In this document: piece by piece, positions 1 to 11,688 of the stretch | Position numbering within the stretch: the first letter of the stretch is position 1 | Layout of the letters: every line of letters begins with the position of its first letter | Source of the DNA: Eledone cirrhosa | Lineage: Eukaryota | Reading direction: 5' to 3' | DNA length: 64,000 bases | NCBI GenBank assembly: GCA_964016885.1 | Contig: OZ024742.1 | Location: 359,414,001-359,478,000, forward strand | Notes under the pieces: model-generated | What the model was told of the DNA's origin: nothing | What the model saw: the letters and a program-made list of their open reading frames with translations, nothing else | Databases searched by the model: none | Translations under genes and position numbers: made by a program

Positions 1-2453
1 TTCTGCGGTAACATTCCTTCCTTATCCTTTCCCTCATTGTCGAGTGCTTGATTCCGTCTCTTTCACAAACACCTAGATATTTGTAAGTTTTTTCTTGATC
101 AAGTTCTCTTATCACGTTCCCCCGATCAAGATTAATGTCTGAACTTTTCAGCAGCTTTCCTCTGGTGAACGTTGCTTTGGCGCATTTATCTAGTCCAAAC
201 TCCATTTTAATGTCATCACTGAACTGCTCCACAGTGGATAATAGCCCTTGCAATTGTTCATCATTTTTTGCAAATAGTTTCAGGTCATCCATGTAGAACA
301 AGTGATTAATGGTTTTGTCATAGACTTTATATCCATGTTTTGTTTCATTGAGCATTTTACTTAATGGTATAAGTGCGATGCAGAATAAAAGCGGTGATAA
401 AGAGTCACTCTGAAAAATTCCACAATTAATATTAACTTCTCCAGCTTCCAGTGATTTTGTTTCACTATTCAAAAGGAGTGTCGTTTTTCCATGTCTTCAT
501 ACTGAATGACAAAAACCTCCTGACAATGGGGGATATTTTGAAAATCTCTAAACATTTTTCAATCCAACTGTGTGGCAAACCTTTGAATGCTTTTTTATAA
601 TCTATCCAAGCAATTGATAGATTTTTGTGTCTATTATGACAATCTTCCAGTATCATTTTGTTAACCAGAAGCTGATCCTTACAGCCATATGAGCCTCGTT
701 TACACCCTTTCTGCTCAATGGGAAATAGGTCATTTGTTATCAGGTGGTCATATGTGTATTCAGTTAGGACTGATGTTAAAATTTTATACTTTGTGGTCAA
801 GCAAGTTATCGGTCTGTAATTTTTGGGATTGTTTGTCTCATCATTCTTCGGAAGCAGAAATGTAATGCCGTTAACTAGCCATGATGGTATCTTTTCTGGC
901 TCCTTAACTATTTCATTGTAAAGTTGGGCTAACAGCTCATGAGACTCTGTGGTCTTTTCCTGGGGATTTCCATTTGCTGATTTTTCTTAGAGCCAAGCGC
1001 AACTGTTCAACTGTTATATTTTCCCATATTTGTTCTTCAAAGTGAGCTGTATCTTTCATTTGTCTGTCTATCCATGGGGCATGTATGTTATGAACTTTTT
1101 CTTCGGCCCAGATCTTTTCCCAGAATTCTTGCACTTCCTCCTTGGGTGGTATTGATTTAGCAGTTATTGTTGACTTACCAATTTTTCTGTAGAAGTTTCT
1201 TTGGTTGTTTTTGAACATATTATTGTCCTTATAGAATCTAGATCGTTTTTCAAAGCGCCTTATACGAGCAGCTTTGGCCGACACTTTTTGCTTGATTATT
1301 TCTATCAGCATGTCTATGTCACATGTTCATTTTATACTGTACTTTTTTTTCAATTTTCTAAGTTTAATTTGTTTAACATGTTCACCTAATTTATAGTTTG
1401 TTAAAATTTCTATGTCAGATCGGAGAAGGTTTATTTGGCGATTGATGTTCTCTTGCCAAGTAGATTTCTTGTGGGAATTCCTTTGTTTTTTCATCTTCAC
1501 TCCACATAAGTGAGTGGTGACTTTAGCTGATGCATAATAGAGATGATTTAAATCAGTAATGTTTAGTTTGTTTGTGATGATAATGTTTTTGAGAATTATG
1601 TTAGTCTTGTGTATTATCTTTTGGTTCTGTTTGGAGTTCTGGATCTTAGGGAGGGTGTCTCGTTGCCCCATGTCAGATTCTTTCATTTTCATCCATTCGA
1701 TCATAATTTCATCCTTCAAGCTGGCAAGTTCATTCTCATTCATTTCTTTATCATTTACGATCTCATTATTTTCATTTGGAGTTTCATCTTGAGCATGCAC
1801 TCTCTCCACTTTTTCGATCCTTTCTTTAACTTGTTCTGTTGCCAGTGATTCCGCCCCAACCCTGGGATTCGAAGTGTTACAGTTTACCTCGTTTTCACTG
1901 ACACATGTTTCATTTTCCCTTCGCTGACTTTGTGCTAATAGCTTGATCTGATCAATTTCTATATCAGTTAGTAACTTTTTTCTTACAATATTTCTTCGTA
2001 TATTGGCTAGTTTGTTACTGTCAATATAGCCTCTGTTTTCGGGATGTTTCTTTTTCCAGTTGATATATGTCTGTTCTGTATTCGATGTATTTGATGGGTA
2101 GTACATGGCAGTGTAGAAAGCCTCAAGGACTTCTTTATTATCTTCCCTTGACCATTTCTCTCTCTTTTTCTTTGGATTTCTTGGTGGTGAACATGGAGGG
2201 CCAACAGTAGGAGTATTCCGGTTATGGGAGGTCTCCAGCTCCGAAGTGATGGGAAGGTTTGAACCATTAGCTGATTTTTCGACCCCAGTCTGGTTCCTCT
2301 CTGAGGGACGCGGCCCTTTTTTACCCGGGTGACGGCCGATCCGGTATGAGATTTTATCATTAGACATTTACTTTATTTTGTCGCGTTTTATCCTTATCGG
2401 CCAAGGGGTAATCATTTCGTGTTACCACTTCTAGAACGAGTGTCAACCAAGAC
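1..2453 (-). mobile_element. R4/Dong-like (RLE-type) non-LTR retrotransposon, 5' half, degenerate; runs off the window
   Basis: Broken single ORF (1327-2367, 937-1311, 465-800) with KWS..N..V, KWKSPGKD, QKGC....GCKDQLL and WIDYKKAF..LPHSW RT motifs; further downstream the DNA encodes LSPLLFC and HLFYMDDLKL. The 5' end abuts (AAT)n. Confidence 0.85.

Positions 2454-2487
<34 letters not shown>
2454..2487. repeat. (TTA)n/(TAA)n microsatellite shared by head-to-head Dong-like and Tx1 elements
   Basis: Direct read of sequence. Confidence 0.95.
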
Positions 2488-5400
2488 GAATGCCATGGTT
2501 GACGGAGGCTCGGCTCTGTAAGGTATTGTAAATTTTGACCGCTATAACAATTGTAAATTGTTTAAAACTTTAACCAAATTGTAGACAAAAACACCCTTCT
2601 CCTCGTGAGAGGGGTCTTTCTGCCCATTATTTGGCCCTTCGGGGTTAAATAACCGCTTATTGGGGTTTTGTGCCCAATATTTATTTTAAACCAAAAAAAA
2701 CATGGCTATGAAAAAGAATTTTCACAAGTCACTCCCACTCATTCCGTCTTCTTCTTCCTCAATCGTCACTACAGCAGAGAGAAGATTGTCTCTCTCCCTC
2801 CTTTCTCTAAATGTGTCTCTCTCCCTCCCTTCTCTTTCGCAAGCGACGCCAGTAAAGAAAAATAGTTTACAAAATCACGTGCAAAGCATGGAACATTTCT
2901 CCACGACGACGACAACGACGAAAAAGGTGTGCGGTAAATACGAAAACCCATTTCATTCGTCTGACGTCATGAATAATAGCAGTAGCAGCCGTAATAACAG
3001 CAGCAGCAGCAACAACAACAACAACCACAGCAACAGCGGCGGCGGCAGTAGTCGTAGTACGTGCAGAAACAACAAAAGTAACAGCAGCTCTGACGACAAC
3101 AACAACAACAACAGCAGCAAAGAAAAACCAACTCGTTTGCAGGTATCGCAAAGAACCTGGAAACCATCCTCATAACAAATGAGGAATTACAGGAAGCGAA
3201 GAAGATGGTGACGAAAACCGGACACCGAGCAATCTGCAAGGCAGCGGAAAAATTTTTCGAAACCCAACAGCACTATACGGTCACGTACAGTACAGTAAGT
3301 ACAAAATCCCGTAGGGTTGAAAGAGCCACAGAGGCTCAAATACAAAAAGCCTTAGGGTCTGTGTGGCAGCGTAAAACGCACATCACCCGAGGCAAGAAAT
3401 ATGCCACCGTAGACGTGCTTTTTGCCACAACCCAGGAGGCAAAGGCTCAATCTTTAGTGACCCTAAGGAGCGAGGAAATGGTGTTGGTGCCCTCCTACTG
3501 CGGGCAAAAAATTGTGAGGGTCAAACTGACACACATCCCCCCCCCTCCGGATGGCCCCTTTTTGGCTGGCCGCGTCTGTCCTCGTCGGAATCGAGGACAA
3601 AACAACTGTACTGCAAGTACAGAAAAGAGTAAGAGAAGCTTGGGTCGGCACCTCCATTGAGATGTTAATCCAAACCCACCAGGAGTGCATCGAAGCTATC
3701 CCGGATGTGATAGACTTCGATAACGGCACTCAACTGCCCATAAGTGTTGAGGGCAAACGCCCGAAATGCTTTCGCTGTGGATCGAAAACTCACCTCAAGG
3801 CCTTCTGCAACGAGAAGACACTGAGAAAGGAGAAAACCCCCCTGCTTCCGAAACCGGCTCCACTGTTACCAGCAACAGTACAAGCGGCAACCAGGAACGA
3901 TAGGTCCGTGGCACCCATACCCTCGCCACGGAAATCAAGAACAGCAGCAGCAGTGGAAGTATTAACAACAACAACAGTAATACCAACTGCAGCTCCAACA
4001 GAGACTCCACTACAAACATCACAAACAACAACAAGTGAAAGAGTGGAGCTGGTACTCCTCTCCAACCTCACAGAATCAGACATGGAGTGTGAGGTGGGAG
4101 AGGGATGGCAAAAGGTCGCAAGATGGCACAAACGCAGAATCAGCGCATCGTCGCCTTCGAAAAGGGAGGAAAGAAATGAAAAAAGGGTAAAGTCTACTGC
4201 AAAGAGACTCACAGCAGCAACACCACCAACACCATCACCACCCACACTAGCAACACCATCACCACCGGCGACAACCCCACCGCCAACAACAACAACACCT
4301 TCAACACCACCACCACAAGCACCAACATCGCAAACACAACAACAACGACAAGAAAATAGCAGAACCACACCCACCCCCAGAAAAAACAAATGCACGGCAA
4401 TAAATACACACAACAAGAAACAAATGACTTACATAATTGAACACACAGATATTTCGCAGCACGACTACATAATACCAGCACCAATCAAAACACCAACGAA
4501 CATAGCACTGGTAAAAATGGCACAGAAACAATACACAAATATTAAAACGAAATTCCCCAACGCAGTTGGTGATTTCAGAGACCTAGGTGGGACTCTCAAC
4601 CGGAGAGTATATTCGGACATACTCATAGAGGAGCCGACGACCAGCCGAAGGGACGATTCAACGGTCCCTTCACCAGAGGATCAAATGAAAAGGGATGGAG
4701 AAACCATCCTTCCTCTACGAAAAGTACGGTAAGTGGTCTTTCCCATCTTTTCCACTCCATTTCAACATGACCTCACTCAGAATAGGCAGCATAAATGCGC
4801 GTGGCTTGGGGTCGTCATGGAAGCAGGGCCACCTGCTCAACGACCTCAGGTCACTAAACATAGATGTAGTGGCCATCAGCGAGACCAGATTCTCCGAAGC
4901 ACGGGCCTTCGCACCGATCTTCGGAGGCTACGATGTGTACGCATCTCCCAGCGGTCCTGGATCGGGGGGAGGATTTGTTGTGCTTTTTCTGAGAGGTTTG
5001 GATCTCGACATACGGGCCATCTTCCTGGACCCAGAGAGTAAGTTGGTGGTGCTGGACGTGACCAGCGGAGACGATCAAGCTTTCAGGCTAGTGGCCGTCT
5101 ATGCCCCGACAGGAGCAGGGCGGCCTGATTTCTTCCGGCGTCTGGAGACCTTTCTTGGAACGTCCCGCTCTTTAGTGTTAGTGGGCGACTGGAACGGGAT
5201 CTTAGATGCACGCAGGGACTTGTGGGATTAGCGGATAGGGGAGGAGGGTGCAAGAGCCTCACCAACCTGCTCAGGCGTTGTGAACTGTCTGACAGGTACC
5301 GATTGGATTTCCCGAATGTGCCAATGTGGACTTGGACGAATCTCATCGGGTCATCCAGATCACATCTAGATAGAGTGTTTTATAGGGAAATAGATATGTT

Positions 5401-8400
5401 TCTTTTATTTGCCACCAGGGCATCAAAAGTGGGACAAGTACAAAGGGGGGAGTTTACACAAAAAGGCGTCCTCAATAAGGAGGAGGCAATAACAAAATAT
5501 AAAAATAAAATAAAATATAACAAAAAATAAAATTTATAACAAAATCCTCAATAAAGAGGAGGCGCCTTGGGGGGGCGCACACACCCCCGAAAAAAGTGTG
5601 CAACCCTTTTCCTCAGGAGCACAAAGAGGGGGTGCTCCCTCGTTCCTTCCTCTTTTCCACCTACAGGCTTATGTAAAGAGAAGGCCCATTCACACGGGCC
5701 ATTCTCGCCACTTTCACCCACCTTTCATAAAAACGACTGGGGTGGAGCACCTCTCTCTCTATCCTGATCCTTCTTCCGAAATGATATCGGAAGAAACGAA
5801 CCAGTTGTTGGCCAGAGAGAAAGGTGCCTGACCTCAGTCCTTTCAGACGCGTCCACCATACAACCTCTTTCGCCATGGCTATTACGCACAGAAACACCGC
5901 CTCTGCTTCATCTTTGAAGGGGGAGGCGGCTTGATCATTACAATAGACTCGGTGGTCAACCGGATCGGTACCACCCTTGACAGCAGTTGTTCGACATAGC
6001 CCCACAGATCGGCTACGCCCGAGCAGTGTACCAATGCGTGTGCAACGGTTTCCTCATCGCACACGCATCTGAGACAGATCTTTTTGGCGGGGTCCCTACC
6101 CGGGCGCCCGTGTCTGTAGAGCTTTTCTCGAACGGGTAAAGCCCCTCGGTAGCACTGCCAGGCCAGGGACTTCTGGAAGTTGTCCATAGGTCCCGGGCTG
6201 AATGTCCTACCGAACAGGCTGGCCAGTTCGTCCTCCTCCATGTCTAGGGCTTCTCAGAGGGCGTCGTCGCACCTGCTGCGTACCAGCCCTCTATAGAATG
6301 TTGCGGTGGAGTCTCCACTGACAACCGGATCCGCCTGCCAGAGGGCGGTGAGCGCCTGGGCACACTCAGTGTGCCAGGCGCCCAGTTTTCTCGGTCTTTG
6401 CTTGACCCAGGATTGCAGCTCGGTGAGTGAGACGAGTCTGGGAAAGGTTCGTCTCACAAACGAGGCCCACACCGGTTGACGGGTGAGGAATACGGAGAGG
6501 TGCCGTAGCCTTAATGCGTGTTTACGCATCATTAGCCACGGCTTCCCCAGCCCTCCTTTCGAAGGGTGTTGACAGCAGATGGATCTCCTCACCATAGGAG
6601 CCCGCCTCTTCCAAAGGAATTGGAAGAGTGCGTGCTCCATCTTGGTGAGGGTTTCCCTTGGGCAGGGCACTACGGTCAGGCGGTAGTAGATGACGGACGC
6701 TATGTAGGTGTTCGCCACCTCCCCCCGACCTTTCAGGGATAGTTTGCAACTGGCCCACTTCTGGGTCAGTGCAAACACCCTGTTCGTAACCTCCGCCCAG
6801 TTTTTCTCCACCTGGAGGTCCGGTCCGAACCAGACCCCGAGCAACTTCACCGGGCCCTCCGTCCAGCGTCCGACGACGCCATCGGAGGGCATCGGTCTGC
6901 CCCTCCACGTGCCGAGTTGCAAACCGATCGACTTGTCCCGGTTCAGCTTAGCCCCTGTGAACCTTTCGTACTCCTCCAGTAAGGTGCCGACCGCCTCGAT
7001 TTCGGAGGTCGTCGACACCATTACTGTCACGTCATCGGCGTAGGCCGACACGTTTTGTAGGGAAATAGATAGGTCTAGCATAGGCTGTCCACAATTCAAG
7101 ATAGTCAGCTACACGGACCACAGATCTGTGTGCTTGACTTAGATAGGCTTCATAGACGAGGACCCGGCTACTGGAAGCTAAACAAGTCCTTACCAGCGCG
7201 CAAGGCCTACAGAGACCGGATTAGAGAACTAGTTAAGCGAGCTTAACTAGTTCGATTAGATTAGATAAGAGTCCATTAGGTTTAGTAAGGCTTTAACTAT
7301 AGAGAAAAATAGAGCAGAGGGAGAACTAGTTAGAAAATTAGACGAGGCGCTTAGCAAAGGCATCGCAACCGACGTACTTGCGGCGAAATTGGCCCTTGGC
7401 CAATTCTTCAATGCAAAGCAGGAAGGCTGCGTTGTCAAAACTAGAGTGCGTGCTCTCAGACACGAGGGGACGAAAGCCGTTCAATGGGCCCGAGTGGCGG
7501 CGGCGCGTCGTGGCATCAAAACACGATCCAGTCTTTGTTGGACCACGACGGGCGCATGCTACTCGATCCCGGGCAAATGTGTGAAGATTTTCAGCGACAC
7601 TTCGCCCAACTGTTCGGGTGAAGGGGCGAGCCGGATCGAGGGATGGACTTTAGTGTCTAATCGACGGACTGCCGCGGCTCTCAGCCACCGAGGCGGAGTG
7701 TTGCGAAAAGCCGATAACAGCCGCAGAAGTACGGGAGGCAATGACTGGCTGCACAAGGGGGAAATCGACTGGTTTGGATGGTCTGCCCTATAAACTTTAC
7801 GTACAGATGCCAGACTTGTTCGGAGGCCTCTTGGCGGACGTCTACTGCAACTGGCAACAGAACGGGAGAATTCCCAGTTCTGTGAGCCGAGGAGCGGTGG
7901 CACTGCTGAGAAAGGATCCGAACAAGGGGGATAACATACATAATTTCAGGCCCATAACTCTGCTAAACACAGAGTTCAAGATTTTGGCCAAGGTGCGAGC
8001 AAAGAGGTTGGCGCTTGTCGTTGATGGTCTGGTGGGAGGGGCGCAGACATGCGCCATTCCCGATAGATCCATCCACGACAACCTCCACCTCATGCGATAC
8101 ATCGTAGAGAGTGTAGCTAGGGAAACTGGCACGGGTGGGTCCTTGATCAATTTAGATCAGTCGAAAGCTATCGATAGGGTCGTCCATCGTTACCTAGTGG
8201 CAGTCCTGAAGGCGGCTGGCTTTGGGCCCGTCTTCAGAGGTTGGATCGTTGCCATGCACAGCGTCATCTGCTCTGTGGTGAGAGTGAACGGTCACCTTTC
8301 GGAACCGTTCAACATCATGAGCTCGGTCCGCCAAGGATGTCCCCTCTCGTCCCTCTTGTACGTATTGACTCTAGAGACATTACTGCACAAACTGGAGACG

Positions 8401-9465
8401 TGGGGGGGGGGGTCCGCGCGAACTAGGATGCGGAAGATCCGTGTCATCATATGCGGACGATGTCACCGTAGTAGTGTCGAACGCCAAACACATCGAGGCG
8501 ATCGGCACTACACTAAGAGAATACGAAACGGTGACAGGAGCAATGGTCAACCAGGAAAAGTCGGTGGGCCTGCAGCTCGGCACCTGGAGAGGCAGGTCCA
8601 TGCCGTCCAACGGCGTCGTCGGGCGCTGGACGGACGGACCAGTTAAATTGTTAGGGATCTGGTTCGGTCTGGACCTCCTGACGGATAAAAACTGGGACGA
8701 GGTGACAAGCAGGATGGCTTCTCCCACCCAGAAATGGGCGGAGAGGAAGCTATCCCTGAAAGGTCGAGCGGAGGTGGCTAACGCGTACATCGCATCCGTA
8801 ATCTAGTACCGCCTCACCGTCGTACCTTGTTCTAAGCCCCGCCTGACTGCGCTGGAGCGTTTGCTCTTTCGCTTTTTGTTGAAGGGACGCGCTCCCATGG
8901 TCAGGCGGTTCATCTGCTGTTAACACCCGCTACGTGGATGGCTGGGCCTGCCGTGGCTGATGATGCGCAGACACGCGCTCAGGCTACGACATTTCCACAT
9001 CTTCCTCGACGGTGAACAGGTGTGGTCGCCGTTTGCTAGACGCGTCTTTCCCAGCTCGTCTCTTTGACAGAGCTGCAGTCCTGGGTCAAGCAAAGACCGA
9101 GAGGGAACGCTTGGAGACTGGAATGTCTTCAGGCGCTCACAGACCTCGACCAATCGGGCAATGTGATCAGTGGAAACTCCACCTCGGCGTTCTATAGAGG
9201 ATTAGTGGAGGGGAAGAGCGACGACGTTCTTGGGGAAACTAGGCGTCGACGAAAATCAACTAGCCAATCTCTTCGGAAGAACTTTCGGGCCGGGGCCTAT
9301 AGACAACTTCCTGAAATCCCTGGCCTGGCAGTGCTACCGAGGAGCTTTGCCAGTTCGGGATAAACTCTACAGGCATGGAGGTGCCGTCAGCCGGGCATGT
9401 CCGAGATGCGCGCAGAGAGATGAAACCGTCCTGCACGCACTCGTCCTATGTCCGACCATTGCTGA
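2488..9465 (+). mobile_element. Tx1/L1-clade LINE family A, 5'-complete, degenerate, interrupted by a nested insertion, 3' end replaced by a microsatellite
   Basis: 5' end GAATGCCATGGTTGACGGAGG is identical to the copy ending at 51642. Frameshifted ORF1 (2702-4732) has CFRCGSKTHLKAFC. ORF2 from 4767 has APE (NARGL, SETR, VYAP, GDWN), RT (QGCPLS, YADD) and CPRC..ETVLH. Confidence 0.93.
5396..7051 (-). mobile_element. 5'-truncated Tx1 copy (ATCT-associated group) nested in family A ORF2, with a 19-bp TSD
   Basis: ORFs 6254-7099, 5882-6241 and 5661-6005 encode YADD to the C-terminus. 3' end is AATAAAAGAAACAT. TSD GTTTT(A/G)TAGGGAAATAGAT at 5377-5395 and 7052-7070. Confidence 0.92.
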
Positions 9466-10225
9466 CTACCACAACCATCATCACCACCATCACCACCACC
9501 ATCACCATCACCACCACCACCACCACCACCATCACCATCACCACCACCACCACCACCATCACCACCACTACCACAACCATCACCACTACCACCACCATCA
9601 TCACTACCTCGACCACCACCATCACAACCACTACCATCACCACCACCACCACCATCGCCATCACCACCACGACCACCATCAACGCCACCACCACCACCAC
9701 CATCACCACTACTACCACCATCATCACTACCACCACCATCACCACCACAACCACTACCATCACTACCACCAACACCACCATCGCCATCACCACCACCACT
9801 ACCACCACCACCACCACCACCATCACCACTACCACCACCATCAACACTACCACCATCACCACCACTACCACCACCATCACCACTACCACCACCATCATCA
9901 CTACTACCACCACCACCACTACCCCCACCACCATCACCACCACCTCCACCCCCACACCACCAACACCATCACCACCACTACCACCACCACCACCATCACT
10001 ACCACTACTACCACCATCACCACCAACACCACCACCACTACCACCACCACCATCACCACCACCACCATCCCCACACCACCATCATCACCACCACCATCCC
10101 CACACCACCAACACCATCACCACCACTACCACCACCACCACCATCACTACCACTACTACCACCATCACCACCAACACCACCACCATCACCACCACAACCA
10201 CCACCATCACCATCAGCAGCAGCAA
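9466..10225. repeat. Degenerate (CAC/CAT/TAC)n trinucleotide microsatellite
   Basis: Direct read; source of the spurious poly-H and poly-T ORFs. Confidence 0.95.
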
Positions 10226-10497
10226 TATCAGTTAGTGTACATTATTAGTCTATGAGATGAAGAAGAACTCCATGATATAAGAATAACAGATCCTATATTA
10301 AAGAATTAGTGAACTTTACCAATAAAACTAAACTAAAGTCATCATAAAAATATAATCAGAGAAAATTATATGAAAAGACATCAGAAACGAAAGTCTCAAT
10401 TTATAAACTGATTAAATTAAGACAAGAAAGGTTGTCAAACATACCAACGTGAAATGTAAATCGGAGGCCACGAATTGTGATCTGTTTATAAACTATT

Positions 10498-10686
10498 GGT
10501 GGATTGGCAGTATCGGTAGAGGGTCGGACGCCATGCTTTGCAGCAAAGAGTTACGCCCTTTTATGGTCTGAGTTCAAATCCCGCCGAGGTTACCTTTGCC
10601 TTTCATCCTTACGGGTCGATAAAATAAAGTACCAGTACTACACTGGGATAATTGCTGGCCTTGTGCCAAAATTAGAAACAATTAGT
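10498..10686 (+). mobile_element. tRNA-derived SINE
   Basis: A-box-like TGGCAGTATCGG, B-box GAGTTCAAATCC, central GCCTTTCATCCTTAC..GTCGATAAAATAAAGTACCAG (resembles a MetaSINE/Sauria-type core, from recall), tail GAAACAATTA; multiple copies in window. Confidence 0.85.
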
Positions 10687-11193
10687 AATATTCGAAAAAC
10701 TCCGATTTTATTTATTGTATTCAGCCATATAGAGCGATAACTTTTTGTTAATTATTTGAATATGACAAAGCCGGTCATTAATCGCTCGTATACATGAAAC
10801 TGACTGGCCTACCTGCTGATATGTAAATCCGGCTGATCAGTGGATCTGTTAACATGTAGATCTGACTGATCAACCAGTCTGCTATTATGCAAATCAGGCC
10901 GATCAGTCACTGTATATTTTAGAAAATATCATATATTTTCACTAGCTGTGACAGTTGGCAAGTGAACAGTAAACTGCACTGATGACGGGTAATGACCCAG
11001 AAACATTAGTGTCTGCAGTTCTGTTTACATGCCAACACAAGAGCAAGAATGAGGGGCTCATTCTACTGACATGGCTTAAAAGGGGCTTGTTTGCATAATT
11101 GCAAACGAATCGAATATTATTATAAATATTGGAAAAACTCAAATTACATTTATTATACTCAGTCATGTAGAGCGATAATTTTTTGTTAGTTAT
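10687..11193 (+). mobile_element. Non-autonomous hammerhead-bearing element with ~69-bp terminal direct repeat (period 438 bp)
   Basis: 10687-10755 matches 11125-11193; a hammerhead lies inside. Confidence 0.7.
10954..11036 (+). ncRNA. Type I hammerhead ribozyme
   Basis: AACTGCA-CTGATGA-cGGG taatga CCCa-GAAA-CATTAGTG-TC-TGCAGTT; stem I extends to GTTGGCA/TGCCAAC; GUC cleavage after 11013. Confidence 0.85.
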
Positions 11194-11440
11194 ATAAATT
11201 AGGTTTTATAAAAATGTACATCATCTACTGTTAAGAAAGAAAGACTGTTGCAAACTGAGAATTTACATGAACAAATTTACATTTAGGGAGGGGGGGGGGG
11301 GCATACATTTCGACCTTTAGCATGTAATGCAATTAATTTGATTTTTAAATACTTTTCTAATAACAATAAATATAACGAATGTTTATAACAGTATGCTACT
11401 GACAACACCCGCTGAAGGGAGTGTTTGAGGACTCAGCCCC

Positions 11441-11643
11441 CGTCTGTGTAAATGAGGTGATTAATCTCATTTGCATATGAAGCTGTATAAGTTGGCTCTT
11501 TATCTATTATAAAGTGCTTCATATGCAAATGAGATTAATCACCTCATTTACACAGACGAGAAAACCTTATATTCTCGCCTGTTTTCAAATTCCAGCAGTT
11601 GCAAGAGTGGGAAGGATCGTGCTGATGAGAACCAGTTCAGTTC
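11441..11643 (+). mobile_element. Foldback fragment of the same family as 33762-34395, ending in a truncated hammerhead
   Basis: ~43-bp inverted arms at 11441-11483 and ~11515-11558; ATCGTG-CTGATGA-GAAC cagttca GTTC with no following GAAA. Confidence 0.65.
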
Positions 11644-11688
11644 CCTTGATTCGGCTGGACATCGCCAGACGGCGTTAGTCGCTAGTGC

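Noticed and set aside
3790-4531. Long antisense V/G/C-rich ORFs opposite ORF1s (also 43688-44377 and 49652-50290)
   Set aside because: Shadow ORFs from A/C-rich sense codons; composition-driven, with no motifs.
9230-10255. Poly-His, poly-Thr and poly-Val ORFs
   Set aside because: Translation of a CAC/CAT microsatellite fused to a truncated LINE ORF2; not a gene.
10800-10910. CRISPR-like spaced repeats
   Set aside because: Only 3-4 degenerate ~30-bp tandem units, no unique spacers and no cas genes; eukaryotic context.
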